Positions 1 through 12,760 of a stretch of DNA of 64,000 nucleotides are shown here, piece by piece. The DNA is taken from contig OZ024742.1 in the NCBI GenBank assembly GCA_964016885.1, forward strand, positions 210,242,001 through 210,306,000, written 5' to 3'. Position numbers and translations under genes: made by a program. Below the pieces are notes generated by a model, which did no database searches, was not told where the DNA came from, and saw only the letters and a program-made list of their open reading frames with translations. Within the stretch, counting starts at the first letter, position 1, and every line of letters begins with the position of its first letter. This stretch comes from Eledone cirrhosa (Eukaryota).

Positions 1-395
1 AAAGCAGTTAATAATAACACCTTATATCTTAATTCTCACAATAAACCTAATGATGTATCACCTATCTCATCGAACCTTCAACATAACCAAACTACACCCT
101 TGCAGTCCAAAAAACTAGAGAAACATATCCGATATATAACAAGAATGATACCGAAATTCCAGGTCCTATCAATAATGCTCCATTAATAAAACTCACAATA
201 TCCTCTACAAATCAAACAAGAAGCAATAAATCAAAAACTAATACAATTCAAAAATCTACTAAACAATTTGTTCACACCCATAATAACAATCACAATATTA
301 TAATTTTATCTGATAACAATATCTACCCTCAAACTTCTATACACACCCAATATAACAAGAGGAAACCTTTTAGAAACCATAAAAGAAATGTAACA

Positions 396-1388
396 TTGTA
401 TAACGATCCATTCAACTTGAAAACTATGGGCCAAATCCCTAAAAGATTTTTTACAATTCTTGATAAACATTTCCCAACTAACCACAAATACCATCAAATC
501 TTAAACAGAAATACAGTAAAATTTTCTTACTCCACATCGAGCAATATACAACAAAAAATAAGTGCATATAACATCTATAAATGTAAAAAAGCTCCATCTA
601 TACCACACACATTAGCACGCCGCACACAAGATAACTATGGTAATACTACAACCCATAACCGTAATATTACTGCATACCCACCTGATAGATCCACTCACTC
701 ACCTCACCAGCACAATATAGTAGACTACAACCAACTACCATCTTCCTCATCCTTAATAGGGACTAAGATTTACATACCCAATCTAACTAATAGCGCCCAA
801 AGCATCCATGTCTCCATAAACGCTATATCAAGTAAAATTTCACCTACTAGCAACAATTCGGATTATAACCACCCTTCGCTCCCAAATAAAAAGGTAAACA
901 CAAATACTAGCACTATTATTGAGAATATGAATAGCACATCTGAAACCCTATATGCAAACGGTTGTAATTGTAGAATAAAAGAAAATTGCCCCTTAAATGG
1001 AAATTGCTTAATTAATAATATAGTATATAAATGTGTAATCACCACTAAAGACTCTAATCAATCCTATATAGGATCCACTTCTAATCCATTTAAATCGAGA
1101 TTTTATGCACACACCCACAGTTTCCGGAACACAAAATTAGCAAATACTACCTCTTTGGCAGAAGCAGTTAATAATTGTAAAAAGAAGAATATTAAATATA
1201 ACCTAATTTGGAAGATTCTTAAGAGGACTATTTCTTATCAGAGCAATGGAAGGGAGTGCGGACTATGTTCCCAAGAAATTTTTGAAATTACTAAATCGAA
1301 GGACACTCTATTAAATAAAAGACAAGAATTAATTTTAGTATGTAACCATAAAATTAGAAAGGCATTCAAATATTATAAATACAACTAA
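396..1388 (+). CDS. C-terminal GIY-YIG endonuclease region of a Penelope-like element (partial; RT lies upstream of the window)
   Basis: IVYKC...YIGSTSNPFKSRFYAH GIY-YIG-like motif, Cys-rich knuckle CNCRIKENCPLNGNC, and C-terminal CGLCSQE..LLNKRQEL..CNH. Clearly homologous to the ORF at 8542-10821. Confidence 0.85.
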   Translation: MYNDPFNLKTMGQIPKRFFTILDKHFPTNHKYHQILNRNTVKFSYSTSSNIQQKISAYNIYKCKKAPSIPHTLARRTQDNYGNTTTHNRNITAYPPDRSTHSPHQHNIVDYNQLPSSSSLIGTKIYIPNLTNSAQSIHVSINAISSKISPTSNNSDYNHPSLPNKKVNTNTSTIIENMNSTSETLYANGCNCRIKENCPLNGNCLINNIVYKCVITTKDSNQSYIGSTSNPFKSRFYAHTHSFRNTKLANTTSLAEAVNNCKKKNIKYNLIWKILKRTISYQSNGRECGLCSQEIFEITKSKDTLLNKRQELILVCNHKIRKAFKYYKYN

Positions 1389-1579
1389 ACAAATATAGAA
1401 AAAATATAGGTGAATAAATGTGTGAGTATAGGTGTGTGTGTGAATATGTATATCTGTGTGTGTGTGAATATGTATATCTGTGTGTGTATACGTATGTATA
1501 TGCATAAATGTATGCCTATATATAAACATGAGTAACTATACATGTATATGTCAATGTATATAAATATGTCAATATTTGT

Positions 1580-1680
1580 TTATAAAACTGATCTATATTA
1601 TATTTTATCTGATGAAAGCGCACCATAATTTGCTTTGTTGTCCTTGAAATATGTATAATGAAATAAATATGGTTTTATAA
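1580..1680 (+). ncRNA. Type I hammerhead ribozyme (kind A)
   Basis: Stem I tattttat/atgaaata, CTGATGA core at 1609, stem II aag..ctt, GAAA at 1646, short near-palindromic stem III, ATA cleavage triplet at 1655-1657, distal ttataaaac/gttttataa pairing. Confidence 0.75.
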
Positions 1681-2204
1681 ATATAGTTTCCATTTGTTAA
1701 TATATTGTATTTTTACTCCAAAAATTTGTTGAGTACTTTATATCAGTTATAAAAATATTTGCATGTTGTATCCCAACAAATTAAATATAACTTCTACATA
1801 TATATATATATATATATATTTTTTTTTTTATATCATATATTTTTAGAACAAATTATTCCTCACAACAAAGAAATAGCTAACTTTTTAAGATTATTCTATT
1901 CCATTCTACTTGATGTAACACACTAATCTGAGCATCCCATCTCCTCCAACCGTAATCTTCTTTGACCATCAATACTTTTATATACAATATGGCTAAACTC
2001 ATTTACACTAACAACTCTCATTTCTTTTCTTAAAAGACATTTGATACCTTATCCACTGATGGCCTATTTATTCATCTACTACCACCAACCTTAAGGATTT
2101 ATACTGCCCCTTTCCATTCTTAACAATGGTCAATTTCAACCTGGTTATAAAACCTTACTTATTCATATGTATGTTTGTTTTTGTATTCTTCAATAAACAA
2201 AACT

Positions 2205-2341
2205 CATTATTTCTGAAGACGGCGGGTAGTGAAGACGTATGTATTCTTTTCTCACTATGATATTTTGTAATATGTTTTACATAGATCAATAATTAAATGA
2301 ACATACAGGGAACTACCCCCAGAAACGATCGTAAAATAATG
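2205..2341 (+). ncRNA. Type I hammerhead ribozyme with extended stem II (kind B), in a PLE terminal-repeat remnant
   Basis: cattattt-CTGAAGA-cggcgggtagt...actaccccca-GAAA-cgatc-GTA-aaataatg. Palindromic stem III ACGATCGT. Homologous to 19902-20055. Confidence 0.8.
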
Positions 2342-2388
2342 TGTTTTACTATGAACTAACAGTTTTGTGTTTAATTTCATTGTTTTAA

Positions 2389-2478
<90 letters not shown>

Positions 2479-2936
2479 GTTCAAGAGTAACCAATCTTAA
2501 AGAGAGAGATGGAGATAGTAGAGGAGATATGAGAGGAAAGATTGGTGAGTTAGTTAGAAGCCAAAGCGTAAAGGCATGTGCTCAATGTGCAATATGCAGT
2601 AGAAAGCAGCTAGGTGACTGGGTTCATGCAGAGGTTAGGTGCGCAGAGCTGGAAATATTCATTAGTTAAGCAAAACAAGACCACAAATTTCACAAGGAAG
2701 ACATTATTAAAAGATTGTCAACATATTTAGTTTGATGTAAGGAATGTAGAGAATAATAATAATAATAATAATATTAATAATAATAATGCCCGTTTACAAT
2801 TGTTTCGCTACTCCGTATAATATTTCTGGATCAGATGACTATGTATCATAATTGATCTGGTTCAGTTGAAAATAATTAACATATTTTAAAAAACAGAGTG
2901 GCTCATCGGAACTCAAAGGAATATAAATTAAAATAA

Positions 2937-3125
2937 TTGTTTCTACGTTAGGCACAAGGCCAGCAAATACCCAGTGTATTACTGGTACTTTATTTTATCG
3001 ACCCCGTAAGGATGAAAGGCAAAGTTAACCTCGGCGGGATTTGAACTCAGAATCTCAGAATGGCAAGGGCCGTAACTCTAAGCGTCAAAGCATGGCGTCA
3101 GACCCTCTACCAATACTGCCAATCC
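2937..3125 (-). mobile_element. tRNA-derived SINE (Meta-domain-like family)
   Basis: Reverse complement reads gagttcaaatcccgccgaggttaactttgcctttcatccttacggggtcgataaaataaagtaccagt (B-box plus conserved core). Many copies in the window. Confidence 0.75.
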
Positions 3126-3169
3126 ACAAATAATGTTACATAATATAATGTTCCATATATTAGTTTTAA

Positions 3170-3221
3170 CTATGGTGCCTTTGTTTCATCAGCTGTCAGC
3201 CATGAAACAAAGGCACCATAG
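3170..3221. repeat. Perfect 20-bp inverted repeat hairpin, 12-nt loop
   Basis: ctatggtgcctttgtttcat / atgaaacaaaggcaccatag. Confidence 0.9.
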
Positions 3222-3229
3222 AACCAGAT

Positions 3230-3551
<322 letters not shown>

Positions 3552-3553
<2 letters not shown>

Positions 3554-3886
3554 AGGCACATGGTTTAGTGGTTAGAGCATTGACCTTGCAATCGAAAGGT
3601 TGTGAGTTCAATTCACAGACCGGGTAATGTGTTGTTTCCTTGAGCAAGACACTTTATTTCACATTGCTCCAGTTTACTCAGCTGTAGAAATGAGCTGATA
3701 GGACTGGGGTCCCTATCATTCCACTGCAAAGTGGTCGTGGAGGTGCCACGGCAAAAAAGCACCCAGCACTCACTGTAAATGAGGTTGGTGTTAGGAAGGG
3801 CATCCAGCTGTAGAATTCAAGCCAGAATCAGTTCCCGTCCCACCCTTGCAAGCAGGGAAAAGCGGACGTAAAATGATGATGATGAT
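3552..3886 (+). mobile_element. Full-length tRNA-derived SINE with RTE-LINE-derived 3' tail
   Basis: A-box tggtttagtgg and B-box gagttcaattc. The 3' end ccgtcccacccttgcaagcagggaaaagcggacgtaaa(atg)n matches the RTE 3' end at ~54104-54165. Confidence 0.85.
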
Positions 3887-3895
3887 AATATATAC

Positions 3896-3928
<33 letters not shown>

Positions 3929-3930
3929 AT

Positions 3931-3991
<61 letters not shown>

Positions 3992-4006
3992 TAAATGGAA
4001 ACTATA

Positions 4007-4105
4007 TTTATAAAACCATATTTATTTTATTATATATATTTCAAGGGCAACCAAGGCAAATTATGGTGCGCTTTCATCAGATAAAATACAGATTTGTTTT
4101 ATAAA
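4007..4105 (-). ncRNA. Type I hammerhead ribozyme (kind A) in a short PLE terminal fragment
   Basis: Reverse complement reads tattttat-CTGATGA-aagcgcacca..tggttgccctt-GAAA-tatata-TA-ataaaata, with distal tttataaaac/gttttataaa. Confidence 0.8.
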
Positions 4106-4125
4106 GCGCACCATAATATAACCTC

Positions 4126-4207
<82 letters not shown>

Positions 4208-4252
4208 TAAACAAATAATGAATAAACAATTCCTTATATTAAACAAAAAAAG

Positions 4253-4406
4253 TTCATTATTTAACGATCGTTTCTAGGATATATATGTGTTAGAATTGGT
4301 ATGCATATTCAACAGATCTATGTACAAAATTATACAAAATTATACAAATTATCAAGATTAAATATACATACCAACACATATATACGCCGTCTTCAGAAAT
4401 AATGAA
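4253..4406 (-). ncRNA. Hammerhead ribozyme kind B (long stem II), 3' pLTR copy
   Basis: Reverse complement of the 154-nt motif at 19902-20055. Confidence 0.8.
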
Positions 4407-5047
4407 GTATATTTATTGATAATAACAACAATTCAAAATTTCAGGTCCGTTTGGGAACAAAATTGACCAATGAAAACACAAAGGGTTAAATGCAGTTCGG
4501 TGTGTGTATATACATGTAAAACACTTACACATATTTTACAAAAATGTATGTATAATTTGTATACGCATACTAAAAGGATGGATGCAAATACAAAATTTCA
4601 AGGTTAATGTCTCTGTAAGTTTATAATGCACAGATAAGATGCGTATTGACACAAGTATGAAATTAAGTATATAAATATATTTTTTCATACTCACACATAT
4701 CCGTACAATCACACATACACGCGCGTATATGCATAAATATACACATAACCACGAACATACAAACACACACACACACCCACTCACATTTATATATGTGGAT
4801 ATAAAATCATAAGCACATGGATATTAATTCACTCACATAAAACACTGGCACACACATTTTTAGATCAAGATACAGAAATTAGGTGGGAGGGGGGGGGGAG
4901 AGGTCAGTATTCAACGGTCTGAGCAGACTGCCTAATATAGATGTATCTATAAACTAAGAAAATAAAAAATAATAAATAAACATTAAAGAGGAAAGAATAG
5001 AAAGAAAAAAGAAAAAAGAAAAAAGAAAAAAGAAATATATCAAGAAA

Positions 5048-5080
<33 letters not shown>

Positions 5081-5304
5081 TACACATACATATATATATA
5101 TATATATATACACACACATATATATATAAATATATATACACATAGACACACACACACACATACATAAATATACACACGTATACAAACACATACATACATA
5201 TACACACATCCACACTAAGAACATACATACACACACATATATAAACATATACATATACACACATACATACATATACACATATACATACAAATACACATAT
5301 ATAT

Positions 5305-5341
<37 letters not shown>

Positions 5342-5977
5342 CATATATATGTATATACACGTACATATACACACACATATACATATAATCAAACATACTA
5401 TATAGACACACATATATATAACCACACACATACATGCACATATACAACACTTACATACTAATATACATACAGATATACACATACATAGCTATATATACAC
5501 ACAAATATATACAGACTTACATATATACATACAGACAAATACTTACGCATCTATATATCGGTATATACATACAAATACCACTACACTATCACACAACTTA
5601 GAAATACAAAGAGAAAGGTATATAACTATACACACATACATATACAAATAGAAAAACATATAGATATATATATATATATATATATAAACACACATATATA
5701 TATACATATATATATATAACATATATATATATATATATATACACATACATATACACATACACACACATACACATACACACACATACATACATGTACACAC
5801 ACATAGAAATATATACGCATACACACATACACACATACATATAAAGTCATACACACACAAACACCTACACGAACATACACATACACATATATAAAGATAT
5901 ATATACACACACACACACACACAACACATACACACATACACATATATATAAAAAAAATAAATAATAAAGATATATAC

Positions 5978-6040
<63 letters not shown>

Positions 6041-6387
6041 CATATATATATACATACACATACATACACACATACATAGACATACATGTACATACATACA
6101 CGTACATCGATATACATACATATATATATACACACATAGACATATACATACATACACACACAACTTACATACACACATATATATACATGTATATTCATAC
6201 ATAGAATTAGATATATAATCATACATACATATGCACTTACTTATACTCATATATACAAATACATACGCATCCATATATGCGTATATACATAAAAACACCA
6301 CTACAACCTCACCTAACTCAGACATACAAATAAAAATAAAAAGGCATATGTATATACATATATACACGCACTAATAGAGACATATAT

Positions 6388-6479
<92 letters not shown>

Positions 6480-6718
6480 ATTCATATATATATATATATA
6501 GATACCCACACACACATACCACCATAAATACACATACAAACACCCACATATATATATATATATACACACGTATATATATATATATATATACACACACATA
6601 AAAAACAGACATGCACATATATATATATTTTTTTACACTTATATATACACATATTATATACACATACACAACCTCACATATACACACATACACATAAGTT
6701 ATATTATAATAATAAAAA

Positions 6719-6759
<41 letters not shown>

Positions 6760-6851
6760 CATATATATATATATATATACATATAAACATATACATACAT
6801 ATATACACACATACGAATATAGACATATAATCACACATAGACACCCATATT

Positions 6852-6885
<34 letters not shown>

Positions 6886-8541
6886 TACATATACACAGAC
6901 ACATATACACACTCACATATATATGTGTGTGCACACACACATATATACACACATGCACATATATACACATAAACACATATATGTGCATACATGCACACAC
7001 ACACACATATATCACATAGATACGAAGATAGACATATAAATAGAGAGACATACATATATATACAACACACATACACACACATACATACACACACATATAC
7101 ATATACATATATATATATATATATATATATTTCTATATATACATATATACATATATATATACATATATACATATATATATATATACATACACATATACAT
7201 ACACACATTCACATACACATACATATATACATGCATATATACACATATATACATACATACACACACTCATATATACACACACAATCTTACATTCATATTT
7301 GCATGCGCATATATGTATTTTTATATTCAGATATAAATACCCAAACCTATATAGACACCTACCTACATATATATTCATACATACACGCTTACAAATACAG
7401 ATGATAATAGTATGGGGGAAAGGGGGGGTTTGGAGAAGGGGATCATAGTAAATATATGTTTCAAGAAACATAGAATATTTTCCGTATCTTGATCCAATGT
7501 ATGTTTTTACATAGTTTCAGTGTTAGGAAATACAATAAACAAGAACTAAGGCAAAATCTATGCATCTCAAAATAAACAAGTATACCATTAATTATATGTT
7601 AACTAAACCAAAGATAGTTAACATATTGATTTCTAAGGTGTAAATTAGTTAGGTTTATAATATTTGAAGCAGAATTTTGAAGTTAAATAGTAGTAGAGTA
7701 TTAATTATAGTATAACTAAATTAAAGTTAATAACGTTATGGTATCAATATTAGGAAATGAATTTAGTAATAGGGAAAAAACAAATAAAATAAAGTATTAC
7801 AACGGTAGTAGAATATAAATTATAGGTTAACTAAATTAAAAATTATATATTTATTTCTATAGTATATGTTAATTAGGTATATAATACATAAAACAGATAT
7901 TGTATTTTATCAATAGCATAATATAATTATATGCAAATAGACATCAAAATTAATACATATACATATACATACACATACATATATACATATATATACACAT
8001 ATATATATATATACATATATACACACATACATACACACACACATACACATATACATATACATATCTTTTTCAAAAAATTGCATAGAATATATTAACTAGG
8101 TATATATCCAAAACACATCCCATTCTATGATTACATGACTTTCTGCAATTCGTCTGTATAAGGATACTAATTTTAAGCAAATTAAAATTAAATTTTTAGG
8201 TTGATTAAAATTAAAACCAAATTATAAATATATTTCTAAAATGTATATTAATTAGGTCTATAATACTAAAAATTATTTCTCTGTCATTGGATACACGATA
8301 TTATTTTGTTATATTTTATCTGTAAAAGAATTATAATAAAAAAAAATTATAATAAAAGGTTTAAATAAATTAAAATTAATCTATAAATTAAATTACTAAG
8401 TATATATTAGTAATATTTAAAGGTTTTTCACAATTTATGATTACATAATATTTTATATTCTCATCTGTAATAAAATTTTAATTAAATTAAATTTATAGGT
8501 TAAATAACATTTAAATTAAATTAATTTCTAAAATAATGTTA

Positions 8542-10983
8542 TTAATTAGGTTTATAATATTTAAATGTTTTTTTTAGTTTATGATTACACGATATAATTA
8601 ATTCCTGTCGTTTATTTAATAAGATATCCTTAGACTTCATTATTTCAAATAGTTCTTGGGAACATAATCTACATTCATTTCTATTATTTTGATAAGGGGT
8701 GGCTCTTTTGAGCACACTCCAGGTCAAATCATATTCTATATTCTTATTTTTATAACTATTGATTTTTTCTGCTAGAGATGTTGTATTAGCCAGTGCGGCA
8801 TTTTTAAAACTATTCTTGTGGGTATTAAACCTTGTCTTAAAATTGTTAGAGGTAGCTCCTATATATGAGCAAATAGAATCTTTAGTTTTAACATTACATT
8901 TATAGACTATGTTGTTAACAAGACAATTCCCTTTTAATGGGCAGTTTGCTTTGTTTCTACAGTTACATCCTTTCGTTAATTCTGTATTTGAGGAGATATT
9001 ATGGTTAATTTGATGTACTGGTGGTATACTTATGGTTTTCTTACATTTATATGCATTATAGGCACTTATATTTTGTTTTATGTTATTTGTTGTAGAGTAT
9101 GAGAATTTAACTGTAGACCTATTTAAGATTTGATGGTATTTGTGGTTTGGCGGGAAGTTTTTCTCAAGGATATAAAAAAATTTTTTAGCAATATTATCCT
9201 TAACTTGTAAATTAAAAGGAGCATTATACCAAGTAACCCGTCTATTACGGTTTCTATGTTGTTTATTATTTTTATTATTTTTATAGGTTGTATCGTGATT
9301 TTTACTAGGAGGATTAATGTTAATGATCTCACCACAACTATTTTTAGTTATATTTGTAGATTTAGGTGTTTTATCCTTTTTATTAGGAGTTTTATTATTA
9401 ATATTTATTAGAGTTGTATGATGAGTAGTTTTTTGAGAGTTACTATACTTTATATTAGAAGATTTGGTATTTTGGGGTATAGTGTGGGTGGCATTTAGGT
9501 GTGTACTTTTCATTTGGTGTTTGTTGGTAATATTATGTTGTATGCTTTCAGTATTTTTAGTAGAAGGTATATACTCTAATCTATTTTTGTGGCCACTTCT
9601 ATCTAGAGCTTCGTTATAGAAGGTCGCATTTTTATCAAATACATCTTGGTTAGAAGAAAGGTTAGAAATTCTAAGTGATATATTATATGCAAGGTTTTTA
9701 AGGATAGATTTAGGGTGATTAGATTGTGAGTGTATGTAATGTAAGTTTTGGTTAGGTTTATGGTAAGGTTGGTAGATACCCGTAGCTAAATCTAAAGTTA
9801 TATCTAGGAAATTTACTACTTTACTTGTTTTTTCAAAAGTAATATTAAGATTATAATAGTCTTTAAGGAAAGTTCTAATATGTTTTTTGTTTTTTTCAAT
9901 TTCTGAAAGGCTAAGGTTGTTAGAAAGAAGAAGACAGTCATCACGATATAAACCACCTTTGAGGTGGGGAAAAGAGGCATTTATGTTGAAAAGGAGAAAG
10001 AGGCCCACAAGATCAGTAATTTGGGCGGAATCGCTTGAACCCATAGTAATATCAAAAAGATTACTATATGTGTTTCTGGTCCAGTATTCATTCTGAAATT
10101 CAATAAGTGTTAGTCTAGCATGTGTAATAATATTAATGTCATCCAAAGTTAAGTTAGATCTATTTTTAGCAAATATCAATGCTTTGTTCAGGAGTATAGG
10201 TGATATAGAAGAATAGTAATTATCTATATCAAATTGTAGGAATGAAGCAGAAGATTTACACCTAATATTTTTAAACCAGTTAATTACCTGGGAGGTGTTT
10301 TCCCAGAGTGGTAAAATAACGTGTTTTCTTATTTGTGGGATGACTCTATCTAAAATTTTTTTGCTAATTATTCCAATATCTGATTTGGAGGGACATATAA
10401 GTCTAATAGAAGGATTTGAGTTAAAGTTAGATTTGTGATCCTTCAGGTTGAAGTGTGGTCTTTTCAATGCCAAAGGTTCAGTTCTATCTTCAATGTTTAG
10501 TTTTTTTACTATGTTGTGTGTTTTGTTGTTGATGTTGGTGAGTGACACATTATTAGATTTTTTATAATTTTTTCTGAGTTCTTTATATATGAACTCATTA
10601 TAATGTTCAATATCCATATGATACAAGTTACCAGTTTTGTCCGAGTGGACATGGATTTTTTTAGACTTTTTTAGGTCCAATAGGGTAGAATCAAGTTCCT
10701 TTTGAAAGACGGATTTATACTTTTTAAATTTGAGGTGTTTAATTAAATTAAAAAGGTCTTTCTCGAAGTCTTCAAGTAAAAAGTTGTGTGGTGGATTCTT
10801 GTAAGTATTGAAATCATACATATATTTCCGATCTGCTTGTTTAGATTTTCTATCGAAGTGTTAGGCTCTCCATCTAACCCTTCTGATAAAATTATTAGTT
10901 TTCTGAATCATAAGGAGTAAGAAGTCATCCTTAGAAGGTATTGGTATGTTTTTTAAGGAGGTTCCTAAATATTGTTTTTCCAT
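8542..10983 (-). pseudogene. PLE reverse transcriptase / GIY-YIG endonuclease ORF with one premature TAA (10861-10863); 759-aa open portion at 8542-10821
   Basis: ATG at 10983 gives MEKQYLGTSLKNIPIPS..FIRRVRWRA*HF, in frame with the 759-aa ORF. RT motifs SDKTGN, LKDHK..RLI.P.KSD, FDIDNYYSSI, MGS.DSA, LYRDD and NFLDITLDL, followed by GIY-YIG. Confidence 0.92.
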
Positions 10984-11326
10984 TGTGATATGGATGATGG
11001 ACAATTGAAAGAGCTCAACTAAATGTATATGGGTTTACAAAGTCATACATATATATATGTATATACATAAATATAAAATTAATACACACATACAGTACAA
11101 AAATACGAATATTTCCGTGAAAATAGGAGCAAAATTATGTAGATAAATCTACCAAGAGTTTACGGTAGTGTCCAATCCGTATGAAGAACTCAATGTATTC
11201 CGGATATCATGGAAAGAAGAGATGTAATGAAAAATCACTTTCGGTGAAAGATAAACGGTATACAGAGTCAAGATAAAATATTAAACAAATAATGAATAAA
11301 CAATTCCTTATATTAAACAAAAAAAG

Positions 11327-11480
11327 TTCATTATTTAACGATCGTTTCTAGGATATATATGTGTTAGAATTGGTATGCATATTCAACAGATCTATGTACA
11401 AAATTATACAAAATTATACAAATTATCAAGATTAAATATACATACCAACACATATATACGCCGTCTTCAGAAATAATGAA
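11327..11480 (-). ncRNA. Hammerhead ribozyme kind B, ~350 nt upstream of the PLE start codon in sense orientation
   Basis: Reverse complement of the 19902-20055 motif. Confidence 0.8.
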
Positions 11481-12372
11481 GTATATTTATTGATAATAAC
11501 AACAATTCAAAATTTCAGGTCCGTTTGGGAACAAAATTGACCAATGAAAACACAAAGGGTTAAATGCAGTTCGGTGTGTGTATATACATGTAAAACACTT
11601 ACACATATTTTACAAAAATGTATGTATAATTTGTATACGCATACTAAAAGGATGGATGCAAATACAAAATTTCAAGGTTAATGTCTCTGTAAGTTTATAA
11701 TGCACAGATAAGATGCGTATTGACACAAGTATGAAATTAAGTATATAAATATATTTTTTCATACTCACACATATCCGTACAATCACACATACACGCGCGT
11801 ATATGCATAAATATACACATAACCACGAACATACAAACACACACACACCCCCACTCACATTTATATATGTGGATATAAAATCATAAGCACATGGATATTA
11901 ATTCACTCACATAAAACACTGGCACACACATTTTTAGATCAAGATACAGAAATTAGGTGGGAGGGGGGGGAGAGGTCAGTATTCAACGGTCTGAGCAGAC
12001 TGCCTAATATAGATGTATCTATAAACTAAGAAAATAAAAAATAATAAATAAACATTAAAGAGGAAAGAATAGAAAGAAAAAAGAAAAAAGAAAAAAGAAA
12101 AAAGAAATATATCAAGAAAATATATATATATATATATATATACATATATACACATACATATATATATATATATATATACACACACATATATATATAAATA
12201 TATATACACATAGACACACACACACACATACATAAATATACACACATATACAAACACATACATACATATACACACATCCACACTAAGAACATACATACAC
12301 ACACATATATAAACATATACATATACACACATACATACATATACACATATACATACAAATACACATATATAT

Positions 12373-12407
<35 letters not shown>

Positions 12408-12729
12408 CATATATATGTATATACACGTACATATACACACACATATACATATAATCACACATACTATATAGACACACATATATATAACCACACACATACA
12501 TGCACATATACAACACTTACATACTAATATACATACAGATATACACATACATAGCTATATATACACACAAATATATACAGACTTACATATATACATACAG
12601 ACAAATACTTACGCATCTATATATCGGTATATACATACAAACACCACTACACTATCACACAACTTAGAAATACAAAGAGAAAGGTATATAACCATACACA
12701 CATACATATACAAATAGAAAAACATATAG

Positions 12730-12760
<31 letters not shown>

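Larger units (their letters stand above)
1..1800 (+). mobile_element. Penelope-like retroelement family A, 3' part: linker, GIY-YIG endonuclease, 3' UTR and terminal repeat
   Basis: ORF 396-1388 has the PLE motifs YNDPF..HFP..H..ILNRNTVKFSYS, CNCR..CPLNGNCL, IVY..YIGST..FK.R..H and CxLC..E..LLNKRQEL..CNH. The frame stays open upstream to ~87. The element ends at ctacata followed by (TA)n. Confidence 0.9.

Noticed and set aside
2565-2640. Cys-rich peptide CAQCAIC..WVH resembling a zinc finger
   Set aside because: Too short, with incomplete ligand spacing and no supporting context.
3552-3625. tRNA gene
   Set aside because: A and B boxes are present, but it runs into a SINE body and tail and recurs as degenerate copies.
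10861-10863. Selenocysteine recoding, as reported for some PLE clades
   Set aside because: The in-frame stops are TAA, not TGA, and differ between copies. No convincing SECIS was seen.
11177-11230. Antisense hammerhead-like ATGAAGA...GAAA
   Set aside because: The core is wrong and stems II and III do not form.
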